Shown: in pieces, positions 19,083 through 27,695 of the stretch | How positions within the stretch are numbered: the first letter of the stretch is position 1 | Layout of the letters: every line of letters starts with the position of its first letter | Assembly (NCBI GenBank): GCA_014361245.1 | Contig: JACIWB010000001.1 | Span: 70,622 to 130,720, forward strand | From: Thermoplasmatales archaeon | GTDB lineage: Archaea; Thermoplasmatota; E2; UBA202; JdFR-43 | Direction: 5' to 3' | DNA: 60,099 nucleotides | Translations under genes and position numbers: made by a program | Notes under the pieces: model-generated | What the model was told of the DNA's origin: nothing | What the model saw: only the letters and a program-made list of their open reading frames with translations | Database searches by the model: none

Positions 19083-20339
19083 ATGAAGAGGAGAAATGTA
19101 TTCGTTATTTGTGCAATTATTCTATTTTCCTCTTTTAATTCATCATTTGGAAATAGCAAAACTAATGATGTGCCAGCATGGAGTAAAGGAGATAGATGGA
19201 TATTTGATGGAGAATTTTCATATGAAATAGAAGAATCTCCTTTATTTTTAAACATTACTGGAAAGTTAAGTGAATTAAATTTTAATGTGGCTTCAGAAGA
19301 TGAAGATATTTATTATTTAGATTTTAACGGGAGTATTGAATTAAAATTGGTTGCAAATGTTGAAGGCGGGATAAATATAACCGCATCTTTAAAAAATGCT
19401 CGTGTTTCAGGTTATGCCCACTTTGAAAAATCCAATCTTGGTTTAAATAAATTCCACATTAATATTACAGGTTTTTTAATTATATCTGTTGCCCCTGTCC
19501 CCCTGCCATTCAGCGCCAGTATGATAATAACCTTTACACCACCATATTCTTTCATCTCATTTCCTATTTCTGAAGGCTCAATTTGGTATACTCTTCCTTC
19601 AATAATGAAAATAGAATTGGGAGAGGATCTGATTGATTTCATTGAAACAATGGCAGAGCTTATGAAAAAAGTTTTGCCAAGCGATATGGATGAAGTTGTT
19701 GATGAAATATTAAATGCAATTGATGAATTTTTCCCTCTTGAATTGCCGGTTGGCTTGCAGGCAGTGGAGTGCAAATCTCATGAATATCTAACTGTTAAGG
19801 CTGGCACCTATGAGAGCTATCATTTATTTTCAATAGGCGGTTTTTATGCTTTTTACTATATAGCAAATGTTTATTTCTCCCCCACAGCAAAGAATATTAT
19901 TAAGATGCTTCTTACTGATGAAGAACATCTAAATTTTTCTGTGGAATTGGTTTCTTCCACATATCACCAGCCAGGAGTTCCTGAGAAACCCGAAAGGCCT
20001 TCTGGCAAAGAAAGAGTAAGAATAAGGAAAAGTTATGAATATGAAACCTATTCAATTGATCCAGATAATGATAAATTGCAATATGGATGGGATTGGAACA
20101 GCGATGCCATAGTGGATGAATGGACGGGTTTTTATAATTCAGGAGAAAAAGCCATTATTTCACATAAATGGGATAAAAGAGGCAGTTATGAAATAAGGGT
20201 GAGAGCAAGAGATGAAAATGGCTTTGAAAGTGAATGGTCAGACCCTCTTGCAATTAGCGCGCCATATATCAGAGCAGTATATTTTAATCCTATATTGGCT
20301 CTCCTTCTAAATGAGTTATTTTTGCATCAAAAATTTTAA
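19083..20339 (+). CDS. Secreted hypothetical protein with C-terminal PKD-like module
   Basis: The internal ATG at 19083 gives the signal peptide MKRRNVFVICAIILFSSFNSSFG. The track ORF start at 18909 adds a non-signal extension that overlaps the csp promoter region. The C-terminus reads YGWDWNSDAIVDEWTGFYNSGEKAIISHKWDKRGSYEIRVRARDENGFESEWSDP. Confidence 0.7.
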   Translation: MKRRNVFVICAIILFSSFNSSFGNSKTNDVPAWSKGDRWIFDGEFSYEIEESPLFLNITGKLSELNFNVASEDEDIYYLDFNGSIELKLVANVEGGINITASLKNARVSGYAHFEKSNLGLNKFHINITGFLIISVAPVPLPFSASMIITFTPPYSFISFPISEGSIWYTLPSIMKIELGEDLIDFIETMAELMKKVLPSDMDEVVDEILNAIDEFFPLELPVGLQAVECKSHEYLTVKAGTYESYHLFSIGGFYAFYYIANVYFSPTAKNIIKMLLTDEEHLNFSVELVSSTYHQPGVPEKPERPSGKERVRIRKSYEYETYSIDPDNDKLQYGWDWNSDAIVDEWTGFYNSGEKAIISHKWDKRGSYEIRVRARDENGFESEWSDPLAISAPYIRAVYFNPILALLLNELFLHQKF

Positions 20340-21510
20340 CATCCAAGAACTTCCCTATTTCAGCTTTTTTCAAAAAAACAGATTTATAGAAATCATTTTT
20401 CCCAACCCTCCAGCCTTTATATTCATTAAGCACGAGCACACGAGTTTTTCTCCCTATCCATCTTTTATTCCTTTTGAGAGAAATTTCATTTACAATCTTT
20501 GATGCAATCCTTGAGCGCTCCTTCGCAATTTCAGTAGGAATGCGCTTCATGCCCCAGCAGGGCGTGTGCGGGCGGGGGGAGAAGCGGGTTACATTTGTTA
20601 CATCCGGCTCGATTTTTTTTATTGCTTCAATTGTTTCGTTGAAATCCTCATCGCTTTCGCCAGGGAATGCTACTATTATGTCAGTTGCAAGTGTAATGTC
20701 AAATTCTTTTCTAAATGCTTCGACAATTTCTGAGAAAATATCAATATCATATCCTCTTTTCATTCTTTCAAGAATTTTTTCGCTGGCTGATTGCAATGGT
20801 AAATGGAGAAATTTATAAACCTTCTCATTTTTAAATGCTTCAATTATTTCATCTAAAATTTTATAAGCAGAAAGAGGATGCATCATTCCAATCCTTATTC
20901 TGAAATCTTCTTCTATGCTCGCAACTTTTTCTATCAATTTAGGAAGATTTGGATAGGAGGCAGTATCCTGGGATGTTAATCTTATTTCCCTGCAACCTTT
21001 TGAAATTGCCTTTTTTATATCCTCATAAAGCAAATCCATAGGATATGAAATCAAATTTCCTCTTGCCTTTTTTGTTATGCAGTATGAGCATCCATAAATG
21101 CAACCATCAGAAATCGGGATATTCATGCTGATATCAATTTTTCTTTCAATTCCTGCTTTTATTCCAGCATATGTTTTCCTTCCTTCAATAGCATCCACAA
21201 TTGAAATTACTTCAAGAGGAGAAAGCAGGATTGCATCATCCGCAACTTTTTTAACCAAACCCGGCTGCGCGGACGCCATGCAACCCGCAACTACAATTTT
21301 TTTGCCATTATATTTTTCTTTGAATTTTCTTATTCTACTGAGCATTCTTTGCTGGGTTGTATCTATCACCGTGCATGTAACAATTATTATAGCGTCTGCA
21401 ATGCTTGCATCATTAACAATTTCATGCCCTCTTCCCTCAATTATCCCTTGCATTATTGAAGCATCTCCCTGATTTAATGCGCATCCATATGTTTCAATAT
21501 AAACTTTCAC
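20290..21510 (-). CDS. MiaB-like tRNA methylthiotransferase, archaeal (CDKAL1/MtaB) type
   Basis: It has the UPF0004 N-terminal domain (MKVYIETYGCALNQGD..TCTV), a radical-SAM CxxxCxxC (GCIYGCSYC) and a C-terminal TRAM-like segment. Confidence 0.9.
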   Translation of the reverse strand: MKVYIETYGCALNQGDASIMQGIIEGRGHEIVNDASIADAIIIVTCTVIDTTQQRMLSRIRKFKEKYNGKKIVVAGCMASAQPGLVKKVADDAILLSPLEVISIVDAIEGRKTYAGIKAGIERKIDISMNIPISDGCIYGCSYCITKKARGNLISYPMDLLYEDIKKAISKGCREIRLTSQDTASYPNLPKLIEKVASIEEDFRIRIGMMHPLSAYKILDEIIEAFKNEKVYKFLHLPLQSASEKILERMKRGYDIDIFSEIVEAFRKEFDITLATDIIVAFPGESDEDFNETIEAIKKIEPDVTNVTRFSPRPHTPCWGMKRIPTEIAKERSRIASKIVNEISLKRNKRWIGRKTRVLVLNEYKGWRVGKNDFYKSVFLKKAEIGKFLDVKIFDAKITHLEGEPI

Positions 21511-21588
21511 ATTTCTAAAGATGCGTTAATATTTTATTTTTTCTCCCGCTTTGAAAATGCTTAAATATCCAAAATGAAATTGTTTTGA

Positions 21589-22788
21589 ATGCTTCGCAAG
21601 ATATTGAGAGTAAGGGAAGTTGTATCATTTATAAGAGATGCAATTGAAAACGCAAATTTAAATGATATATGGGTTGAAGGAGAGATATCAAATTTTAAGG
21701 AGGTTGTTGGCATCTCATATTTTGATTTAAAGGATGAAGAAGCATTGCTCAGATGTGTTTATTTCAGCCCCAATAAAGAAAATTTGAAGAATGGAATGAA
21801 GGTTATTGTAAAGGGAGATATAGGGATATATGAAAAAAAGGGGTATTATCAGTTATATGTTAAGGAAATAAAAACTCATGGTATAGGTGAGTTATTCATA
21901 AAATTCATTGAACTGAAGGAAAAGTTAAAGAAAGAGGGCTTATTTGATGAAAAATTTAAAAAAGAAATTCCAAAAATTCCCTCAAAGATTGCAATAGTAA
22001 CATCCCCAGATGGAGCAGTTTTACATGACATGCTAAATATAATTTCAAGGAGATTCCCAACAAATATTTTAATTGCGCCCGTGAGGGTGCAGGGCGAGGG
22101 ATGCGAGGATGAAATAGTCAATGCAATAAATGAGCTTAATAAAAGAAAGGATGTGGATTTGATAATTCTCGCAAGGGGCGGCGGCAGCTGGGAGGATTTG
22201 CAGGCGTTTAATGAAGAAAAGGTCGCGAGGGCGATTTTTAACTCACAAATTCCAGTAATATCTGCGGTAGGCCATGAAACAGATTTCACAATAGCGGACT
22301 TTGTTGCTGATAAGCGGGCTAGCACCCCTTCTGCTGCTGCTGAAATGGCTGTGCCGAATAGGGAAGAAATTATTTCCTTGCTTCATATGTTTGAAAAAAG
22401 GCTTGTAAAGATTGTTGAAGAAAAAATAAATTTATATAGGAGAATTATTGAAGGGGTTATGAAAAGGAAGACATTTCTCCATGCAGATGAGCTTATTCTT
22501 GGAAAAATTGAAGATTTGAAATATAAAATTGAAAGGATGGAGGAACTTTCAAAAAGATATATTGAAAATATGAAAAATATGATAAATATCAGATTTGAAA
22601 TATTAAATGCAATGAGCCCGTATAATATTTTAAATAGAGGATATAGTATATGCTTTAAGAAAGATAATAAAGTTGTAAGCAGTGTAGATAATATTGATAT
22701 AGGAGAGGAATTAAGAATAGTCGTTAAGGATGGTGATGCAAAATGCATTGCGAAGGAGAAAAAGAAATTGGATTTGAAGAAGCATTGA
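21589..22788 (+). CDS. xseA: Exodeoxyribonuclease VII large subunit
   Basis: It has an OB-fold N-terminus (IWVEGEISNFK), then IAIVTSPDGAVLHDMLNIISRRFP and ILARGGGSWEDLQAFNEE..ISAVGHETDFTIADFVADKRASTPSAAAE. Confidence 0.9.
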   Translation: MLRKILRVREVVSFIRDAIENANLNDIWVEGEISNFKEVVGISYFDLKDEEALLRCVYFSPNKENLKNGMKVIVKGDIGIYEKKGYYQLYVKEIKTHGIGELFIKFIELKEKLKKEGLFDEKFKKEIPKIPSKIAIVTSPDGAVLHDMLNIISRRFPTNILIAPVRVQGEGCEDEIVNAINELNKRKDVDLIILARGGGSWEDLQAFNEEKVARAIFNSQIPVISAVGHETDFTIADFVADKRASTPSAAAEMAVPNREEIISLLHMFEKRLVKIVEEKINLYRRIIEGVMKRKTFLHADELILGKIEDLKYKIERMEELSKRYIENMKNMINIRFEILNAMSPYNILNRGYSICFKKDNKVVSSVDNIDIGEELRIVVKDGDAKCIAKEKKKLDLKKH

Positions 22789-22949
22789 AAAAGCTTGATG
22801 AGATAATAGAAGAACTTGAAAAAGGAGAGCTACCTCTTGAAGAAACAATATCAAAATTTGAAGAAGGGATAAAGCTCTGCAAGTTATGCAGGGAAAAAAT
22901 TCAGATGGCGGAAATGAAAATAGAAAAACTTATGGAAGACATAAAATGA
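22743..22949 (+). CDS. xseB: Exodeoxyribonuclease VII small subunit
   Basis: FEEALKKLDEIIEELEKGELPLEETISKFEEGIKLCKLCREKI fits the XseB helical hairpin consensus. The gene overlaps the xseA 3' end. Confidence 0.8.
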   Translation: MHCEGEKEIGFEEALKKLDEIIEELEKGELPLEETISKFEEGIKLCKLCREKIQMAEMKIEKLMEDIK

Positions 22950-23827
22950 GACAATCTCTATTTTTTATTCCTCCAACAATTGCAATAATTTTAGGCCATT
23001 TTCTGGTAATTAATGAAAGCATTGAAAAAATAAACATAGCTACTACTCCTTTCCTTTTCCTTTCATTGTTTATAATAGGAGCTGGATATTTTATTAAAGA
23101 GAAAACAAAACATGTGATGCTATGCTATGGATGGATGCTTTTCGCAATTTACTGGGCAACACAGCCAGAAATTTTATACTATAAAGGGGAAGGAGATATA
23201 GTAAATGCTCTTTTCTGCATCGCCGGTGTATATTTTCTTTCCTATATCTCTTACCATGAATGGCTTTCCTACAAAAAGGAGGAAAATTTAGCAAGCTTAA
23301 ACTTTCTCGCGGGCGCCACCTTTGTTGCTGGCTTGCTATATTTTATTTTTGAAAAAGTGGATTTTTTGGCTGGCTTACTTATAAAGATTGTTGCGGAGCA
23401 AACTGCTTCGATAATGAATTTTTTTGGATATAATGTTACTACTGGAAATGTAATATATGGGATAAATACTGTTGTTCCAATATATTTCAACGGGCATGAA
23501 AGCGTGCAACTTATTCTTGCATGCACTGGGTTGCAATCAATGGCTGTTTTTGTTGGTGTTTTTGGAGCGGTTAATTCCGATTATATAAAAAGGATTAAGG
23601 GTCTTTTAATAACTGTTATAACAATATATATTCTAAACCTGATCAGAAATGCTGGCGTGATATATGGAATGGAAATTCTTGGTATTGACTTTTACATAAT
23701 GCACAATGTAATCGGAAAAATTGGCTCATTAATTGCTCTTATAGTGCTTGCATTCATAACTTTTGAAATGGTTCCAGAAATATATAATAATATATCTGCT
23801 TTATTTGATTTGACAAAGAGAAAATGA
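22946..23827 (+). CDS. Archaeosortase/exosortase-family transpeptidase (polytopic membrane protein)
   Basis: The conserved Cys/Arg/His signature is visible: LILACTGLQSM, LNLIRNAG, IMHNVIGK. About 8 TM segments are present. Start chosen at ATG 22946 (MRQSLFF), which forms an ATGA overlap with the xseB stop. Confidence 0.8.
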   Translation: MRQSLFFIPPTIAIILGHFLVINESIEKINIATTPFLFLSLFIIGAGYFIKEKTKHVMLCYGWMLFAIYWATQPEILYYKGEGDIVNALFCIAGVYFLSYISYHEWLSYKKEENLASLNFLAGATFVAGLLYFIFEKVDFLAGLLIKIVAEQTASIMNFFGYNVTTGNVIYGINTVVPIYFNGHESVQLILACTGLQSMAVFVGVFGAVNSDYIKRIKGLLITVITIYILNLIRNAGVIYGMEILGIDFYIMHNVIGKIGSLIALIVLAFITFEMVPEIYNNISALFDLTKRK

Positions 23828-24423
23828 TAGCAAAAAAATGCTTGCATATAGCTTTTCTTCCTCTTCCTTTCCTGATAGCATTTCTCATACTCTCAAAATT
23901 TTATCCCTACCTTAAATTTATTTTCCTCGTCTTTCTCATTTTGCAGATTTTTTTCATTTTTTTCTTCAGAGATTTAAAAAGAGAAATTCAGGATGAAATA
24001 GTTTCTCCAGCGGATGGGAGAATAGTTGAAAGAAACGGAAAAATATCAATTTTTATGAACCTTTTTGATATGCATGTAAATTTAATGCCATATGATGGAA
24101 AAATATTGAAAATTATACGCTACAGAGGAGATTATAAACCAGCTTTTGGAAAAATAGAAAAAAATTATAGAGTAGAGATTGAGATAGATAGCGATATTGG
24201 AAAAATAAAAATTATTCAGATCGCTGGATTTTTTGCAAGGAGAATTTTAACATATGTAAAGGAAGGGGATTATTTGAAGAAAGGAGAAAAAATAGGAATA
24301 ATAAGATTTGGCTCAAGAGTTGAATTAATTCTTCCAGAAAATTGCAAAATAGTCGTAGAAAAAGGAAAAAGAATAAAAGCAGGGCAAACAGTAGCAATAA
24401 CAAAATATAAAAATTGGGCATGA
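23824..24423 (+). CDS. psd: Phosphatidyl/archaetidylserine decarboxylase proenzyme (short Asd type)
   Basis: SPADGRIV, MHVNLMPYDGKI, IQIAGFFARRI and the self-cleavage motif FGSRVEL are all present. The start overlaps the archaeosortase stop in an ATGA. Confidence 0.9.
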   Translation: MIAKKCLHIAFLPLPFLIAFLILSKFYPYLKFIFLVFLILQIFFIFFFRDLKREIQDEIVSPADGRIVERNGKISIFMNLFDMHVNLMPYDGKILKIIRYRGDYKPAFGKIEKNYRVEIEIDSDIGKIKIIQIAGFFARRILTYVKEGDYLKKGEKIGIIRFGSRVELILPENCKIVVEKGKRIKAGQTVAITKYKNWA

Positions 24424-24432
24424 TTTCCTTCT

Positions 24433-25497
24433 ATGAAATTGCTCGAATACCAGGGAAAAGAACTTTTTAAAAGCTATGGAATTCCAGTGCCAAAAGGAGA
24501 AGTTATTGAAAAAAAGGATGATTTTAAAAAAATAAGCAATCCTCTCCCATGGGTTTTGAAGGCACAAGTGCTTGTCGGCGGGCGCGGGAAGGCGGGCGGA
24601 ATAAAAATTGCTGAAAGCGTTGAAGAGGCGGAGAGAATTTTTGATGAAATGGTTGTTAAGGGTGTGAAAGGGGAGAAAGTAAGGAAAATTCTTGTCGAGG
24701 AGAAAATAGGCATAGATAAGGAGTATTATCTGAGTTTTTTTATTGATAGAAGCAGTAAGCAATATCTTATGATGTTCTGCAGTGAGGGAGGGGTTGAAAT
24801 TGAGAGCATTGCTGAGAAGGTTAAAAAAATGTATGTAAATCCACTTGTTGGCTTGCAAAACTATCATCTCAGAAAAATTCCTCAGGAAGCGAGGGGAATT
24901 GCCAAAAACCTATTCAGGCTTTTTATTGAAAAGGACTGTGAGCTTGCTGAAATAAATCCTCTGATAATTTCTAATGGCAGGGCAATAGCGGGAGATGCAA
25001 AAATAATTGTTGATAACAATGCAATTTACCGCCATGAAGAACTTCCAAATGAATTTGTTGAACTCTCCTCTCTTGAAAAAGAGGCGAGGGAAAAGAATAT
25101 TGCATTTGTTCAGCTTGATGGAAACATAGGGGTGATTGCAAATGGGGCTGGCTTGACGATGGCAACTCTTGATGCACTTAATGAATTCAATGGAAAGGGA
25201 GGTGTATTCCTTGATTTGGGAGGAACCGATGATGTAGAAAAGGTAAAGCAAGCATTTGAATTGATGGCAAAGGCAAATCAAAAAGTAATATTGATAAATT
25301 TATTTGGAGGGATAACGAAATGTGATACTGTTGCAAAAGGAATTGTCGAGTTCATGAAAGAGAGGAATATCAGCCAGCCGGTTGTGGCGAGAATTAAGGG
25401 AATTAATGAAGAGGAAGCAAAGAAAATGCTTAAAGATTATGTTATAACCGCAAACTCTCTTGAAGAAGCTGCAAAAAAAGCGGTTGAGGTGATTTAA
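24433..25497 (+). CDS. sucC: Succinyl-CoA synthetase (ADP-forming) beta subunit
   Basis: MKLLEYQGKELFKSYGIPVP and VLKAQVLVGGRGKAGGIK mark the ATP-grasp N-terminus. The gene lies directly upstream of sucD. Confidence 0.9.
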   Translation: MKLLEYQGKELFKSYGIPVPKGEVIEKKDDFKKISNPLPWVLKAQVLVGGRGKAGGIKIAESVEEAERIFDEMVVKGVKGEKVRKILVEEKIGIDKEYYLSFFIDRSSKQYLMMFCSEGGVEIESIAEKVKKMYVNPLVGLQNYHLRKIPQEARGIAKNLFRLFIEKDCELAEINPLIISNGRAIAGDAKIIVDNNAIYRHEELPNEFVELSSLEKEAREKNIAFVQLDGNIGVIANGAGLTMATLDALNEFNGKGGVFLDLGGTDDVEKVKQAFELMAKANQKVILINLFGGITKCDTVAKGIVEFMKERNISQPVVARIKGINEEEAKKMLKDYVITANSLEEAAKKAVEVI

Positions 25498-26370
25498 ATG
25501 GCAATATGGGCTGATGAAAAAATTAGATTGCTTGTTCAGGGAATAACAGGACATCAGGGAAAGTTTCATACAAAAGCAATGAGGGAATTTGGAACAAAAA
25601 TAGTTGCAGGCGTGACACCTGGGAAGGGAGGGACAAATATTGAAGGAGTACAAGTTTATGAGAGTGTTGAAGATGCAATGGAAATGAGGCCAAACGCAAG
25701 CATTATTTTTGTTCCCGCTCCATATGCATGTGATGCGGTTATTGAAGCCCTTGATAATGATATAAAGCTTGTTGTTGTAATAACTGAAAACATACCATTT
25801 CATGATGCAATAAAATTTGTGAATTATGCAAAATATAAGGAAGCTACTTTAATTGGTCCAAATTGCCCCGGAATAGTTTCTCCAGGAAAAACAAAAATTG
25901 GAATATTTCCAAATCATATTTTCAAGGGGGGAAATGTTGGGGTTGCTTCCCGCTCGGGCACACTCACATATGAAATAGTAAATGAGCTTAGCATGGCTGG
26001 AATAGGACAATCAACATGTGTTGGATTAGGGGGAGATCCAGTAACCGGAACAAATTTTATTGATGCTCTTGACGCCTTCGAAAGAGATGAAGAGACAGAA
26101 GCTATTGTGCTTGTTGGCGAAATAGGAGGAACTGCGGAAGAAGAAGCTGCGGAATTCATAGAAAAGAAGATTAGCAAGCCAGTTTATGCCTATATAGCAG
26201 GAAGAACAGCTCCGGAAGGCAAAAGGATGGGGCATGCGGGAGCAATAATATCCGCGGGTAAAGGAACGGCAAACTCAAAAATAGAGGCATTTAAAAAAGC
26301 GGGAGTTAAGGTTGCTCGTTTCCCGAGCGAGATAGCGGAAATGATAAAAAATGATAAGAAAATTTGGTGA
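25498..26370 (+). CDS. sucD: Succinyl-CoA synthetase alpha subunit
   Basis: [24 protein letters not shown] and the phosphohistidine loop MGHAGAII are present. Confidence 0.95.
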   Translation: MAIWADEKIRLLVQGITGHQGKFHTKAMREFGTKIVAGVTPGKGGTNIEGVQVYESVEDAMEMRPNASIIFVPAPYACDAVIEALDNDIKLVVVITENIPFHDAIKFVNYAKYKEATLIGPNCPGIVSPGKTKIGIFPNHIFKGGNVGVASRSGTLTYEIVNELSMAGIGQSTCVGLGGDPVTGTNFIDALDAFERDEETEAIVLVGEIGGTAEEEAAEFIEKKISKPVYAYIAGRTAPEGKRMGHAGAIISAGKGTANSKIEAFKKAGVKVARFPSEIAEMIKNDKKIW

Positions 26371-26845
26371 AAAATATCCAAAAATAAGCAATTCAGCAAT
26401 CGTTGATGATACCGCATTGATAATTGGAGATGTTTTTATTGATGATTTTGCAAATATATGGCCTCATGCCCTGCTGCGTGCAACTGACGAAAAAATATTT
26501 GTTGGAAAGAAATCTGCGATTTTGGATAAATCATTTATTGAATCACCAGAGGAAGTTTATATAGGGGAAGGAAGCATAATTTCTCATGGTTCAATTGTTC
26601 ATGGCAGCAGAATAGGAAAAAATGTTCTGGTTGGGATTGGAGCAATTTTGCTTGAAGTGGAAATTGGGGATAATTGTATAATTGCATCTGGGAGTGTTGT
26701 CAAAGAGGGTGTAGAGGAAAACTCTTTTGTTGCAGGCATTCCAGGAAAAGTGATTAGAGAAGTAAGAAAAGAAGAAATTGAAAAAAATAAAAAGATATGC
26801 GAGGAAATGTATAATAAAGCAAAATTGTTAAAGGAAAATGATTGA
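26351..26845 (+). CDS. Left-handed beta-helix (hexapeptide) protein, gamma-carbonic-anhydrase/PaaY-like
   Basis: Hexapeptide repeats are visible ([57 protein letters not shown]). The first metal His of canonical gamma-CA appears to be absent (DKSFIE). Confidence 0.75.
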   Translation: MIRKFGEKYPKISNSAIVDDTALIIGDVFIDDFANIWPHALLRATDEKIFVGKKSAILDKSFIESPEEVYIGEGSIISHGSIVHGSRIGKNVLVGIGAILLEVEIGDNCIIASGSVVKEGVEENSFVAGIPGKVIREVRKEEIEKNKKICEEMYNKAKLLKEND

Positions 26846-27458
26846 AATTAATGGAAAAAAAGTTTATCTATTGCCAGTTATCCGAGGGCTTGCGGGGGAA
26901 GGAGAAAAAGTAAGCAGGTTATTTTATGAAATAAAACCCGATTGCATTGCAATAACTGTTGCTGATGAAGATTTAAAGCTTATTGGAGAAAAGATAGAAA
27001 ATGCGAGCATGCCGCCTGAATACCAGTATTACCTTCTTCATCTTTCAAAATATGGAGAGCTTGCAATTCCTTCGCAGGATATAATCTTTGCTGATGAAAT
27101 TTCAAAAAAGGAAAAAGTTCCATTATATGCAGTTGATATGAATGATGATGAATACATGGAAAAATTTGTTGAGTATATTTCGCTTTTTTCATTGATAAGA
27201 TATTCAAGAAAGATTAAAAGATTGGCAAAAAAGAAATTTAATGCAAAAAATGCAGAAGAATTCGTTGTTATGTGGGATAAAGAGGTGAATTCAATTAAAT
27301 CATTTAAAAGGCTTGAGGAGGAAAGAGAAAATACGATTGTCAAAAAAATTATTAATTTATGCAATAAATATGAAAAATTGCTTGTTATAATTCCTTTTGA
27401 AAAAAATGAGTCAATATCCCAAAAGCTGAGGTTTTTCATCAAAGATAGAAAAATTTGA
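26838..27458 (+). CDS. Hypothetical protein (only weak TraB/PrgY-like resemblance)
   Basis: It is a clean ORF that overlaps the upstream stop and is the last gene of the plus-strand run 21589-27458. There is no convincing motif, and the GTAHVS motif of TraB is missing. Confidence 0.5.
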   Translation: MIEINGKKVYLLPVIRGLAGEGEKVSRLFYEIKPDCIAITVADEDLKLIGEKIENASMPPEYQYYLLHLSKYGELAIPSQDIIFADEISKKEKVPLYAVDMNDDEYMEKFVEYISLFSLIRYSRKIKRLAKKKFNAKNAEEFVVMWDKEVNSIKSFKRLEEERENTIVKKIINLCNKYEKLLVIIPFEKNESISQKLRFFIKDRKI

Positions 27459-27478
27459 AAATAATCTTGTTAAAAGTA

Positions 27479-27550
27479 TGCGGGCGCCGGGATTTGAACC
27501 CGGGCAACGAGCTTGGGAAGCTCGAGTCATAACCCCTAGACCACGCCCGC
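27479..27550 (-). tRNA. tRNA-Gly (CCC)
   Basis: The reverse complement GCGGGCGTGGTCTAGGGGTTATGACTCGAGCTTCCCAAGCTCGTTGCCCGGGTTCAAATCCCGGCGCCCGCA folds as a cloverleaf. The anticodon stem is CGAGC/GCTCG, the loop is TTCCCAA, and the T-loop is TTCAAAT. Confidence 0.9.
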
Positions 27551-27589
27551 TAAATGATAATTATAAAGAAATATTTTAGGGTTTTGAAA

Positions 27590-27662
27590 TGGGCCCGCCG
27601 AGATTTGAACTCGGGTCACCAGCACCCCAAGCTGGTAGGATACCAAGCTACCCCACAGGCCC
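27590..27662 (-). tRNA. tRNA-Pro (GGG)
   Basis: The reverse complement is GGGCCTGTGGGGTAGCTTGGTATCCTACCAGCTTGGGGTGCTGGTGACCCGAGTTCAAATCTCGGCGGGCCCA. The anticodon stem is CCAGC/GCTGG and the loop is TTGGGGT. Confidence 0.9.
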
Positions 27663-27695
27663 TGTTTTTAATATTATTCTTACTAAAAAACTTTT

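Noticed and set aside
18896-19255. 119-aa minus-strand ORF, and the 5' extension (18909-19082) of the plus-strand ORF
   Set aside because: Both lie in the AT-rich csp/secreted-protein intergenic region. The plus-strand protein acquires a proper signal peptide only from ATG 19083, and the minus ORF overlaps it with no motif.
22886-22945. Upstream start (MQGKNSDGGNENRK...) for the archaeosortase ORF
   Set aside because: It would overlap xseB by 64 nt and add a hydrophilic non-conserved leader. ATG 22946 gives an ATGA stop/start overlap and begins at the first TM segment.
24325-25803. 180-, 123- and 167-aa minus-strand ORFs
   Set aside because: They are antisense to sucC/sucD, both of which carry diagnostic motifs. 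Their translations are Cys/Phe/Asn-rich shadow sequence.
26351-26845. Calling the LbH protein a functional gamma-carbonic anhydrase
   Set aside because: The first of the three zinc-ligand histidines appears to be replaced (DKSFIE where D..vlH is expected). Only the generic hexapeptide-repeat family call is supported.
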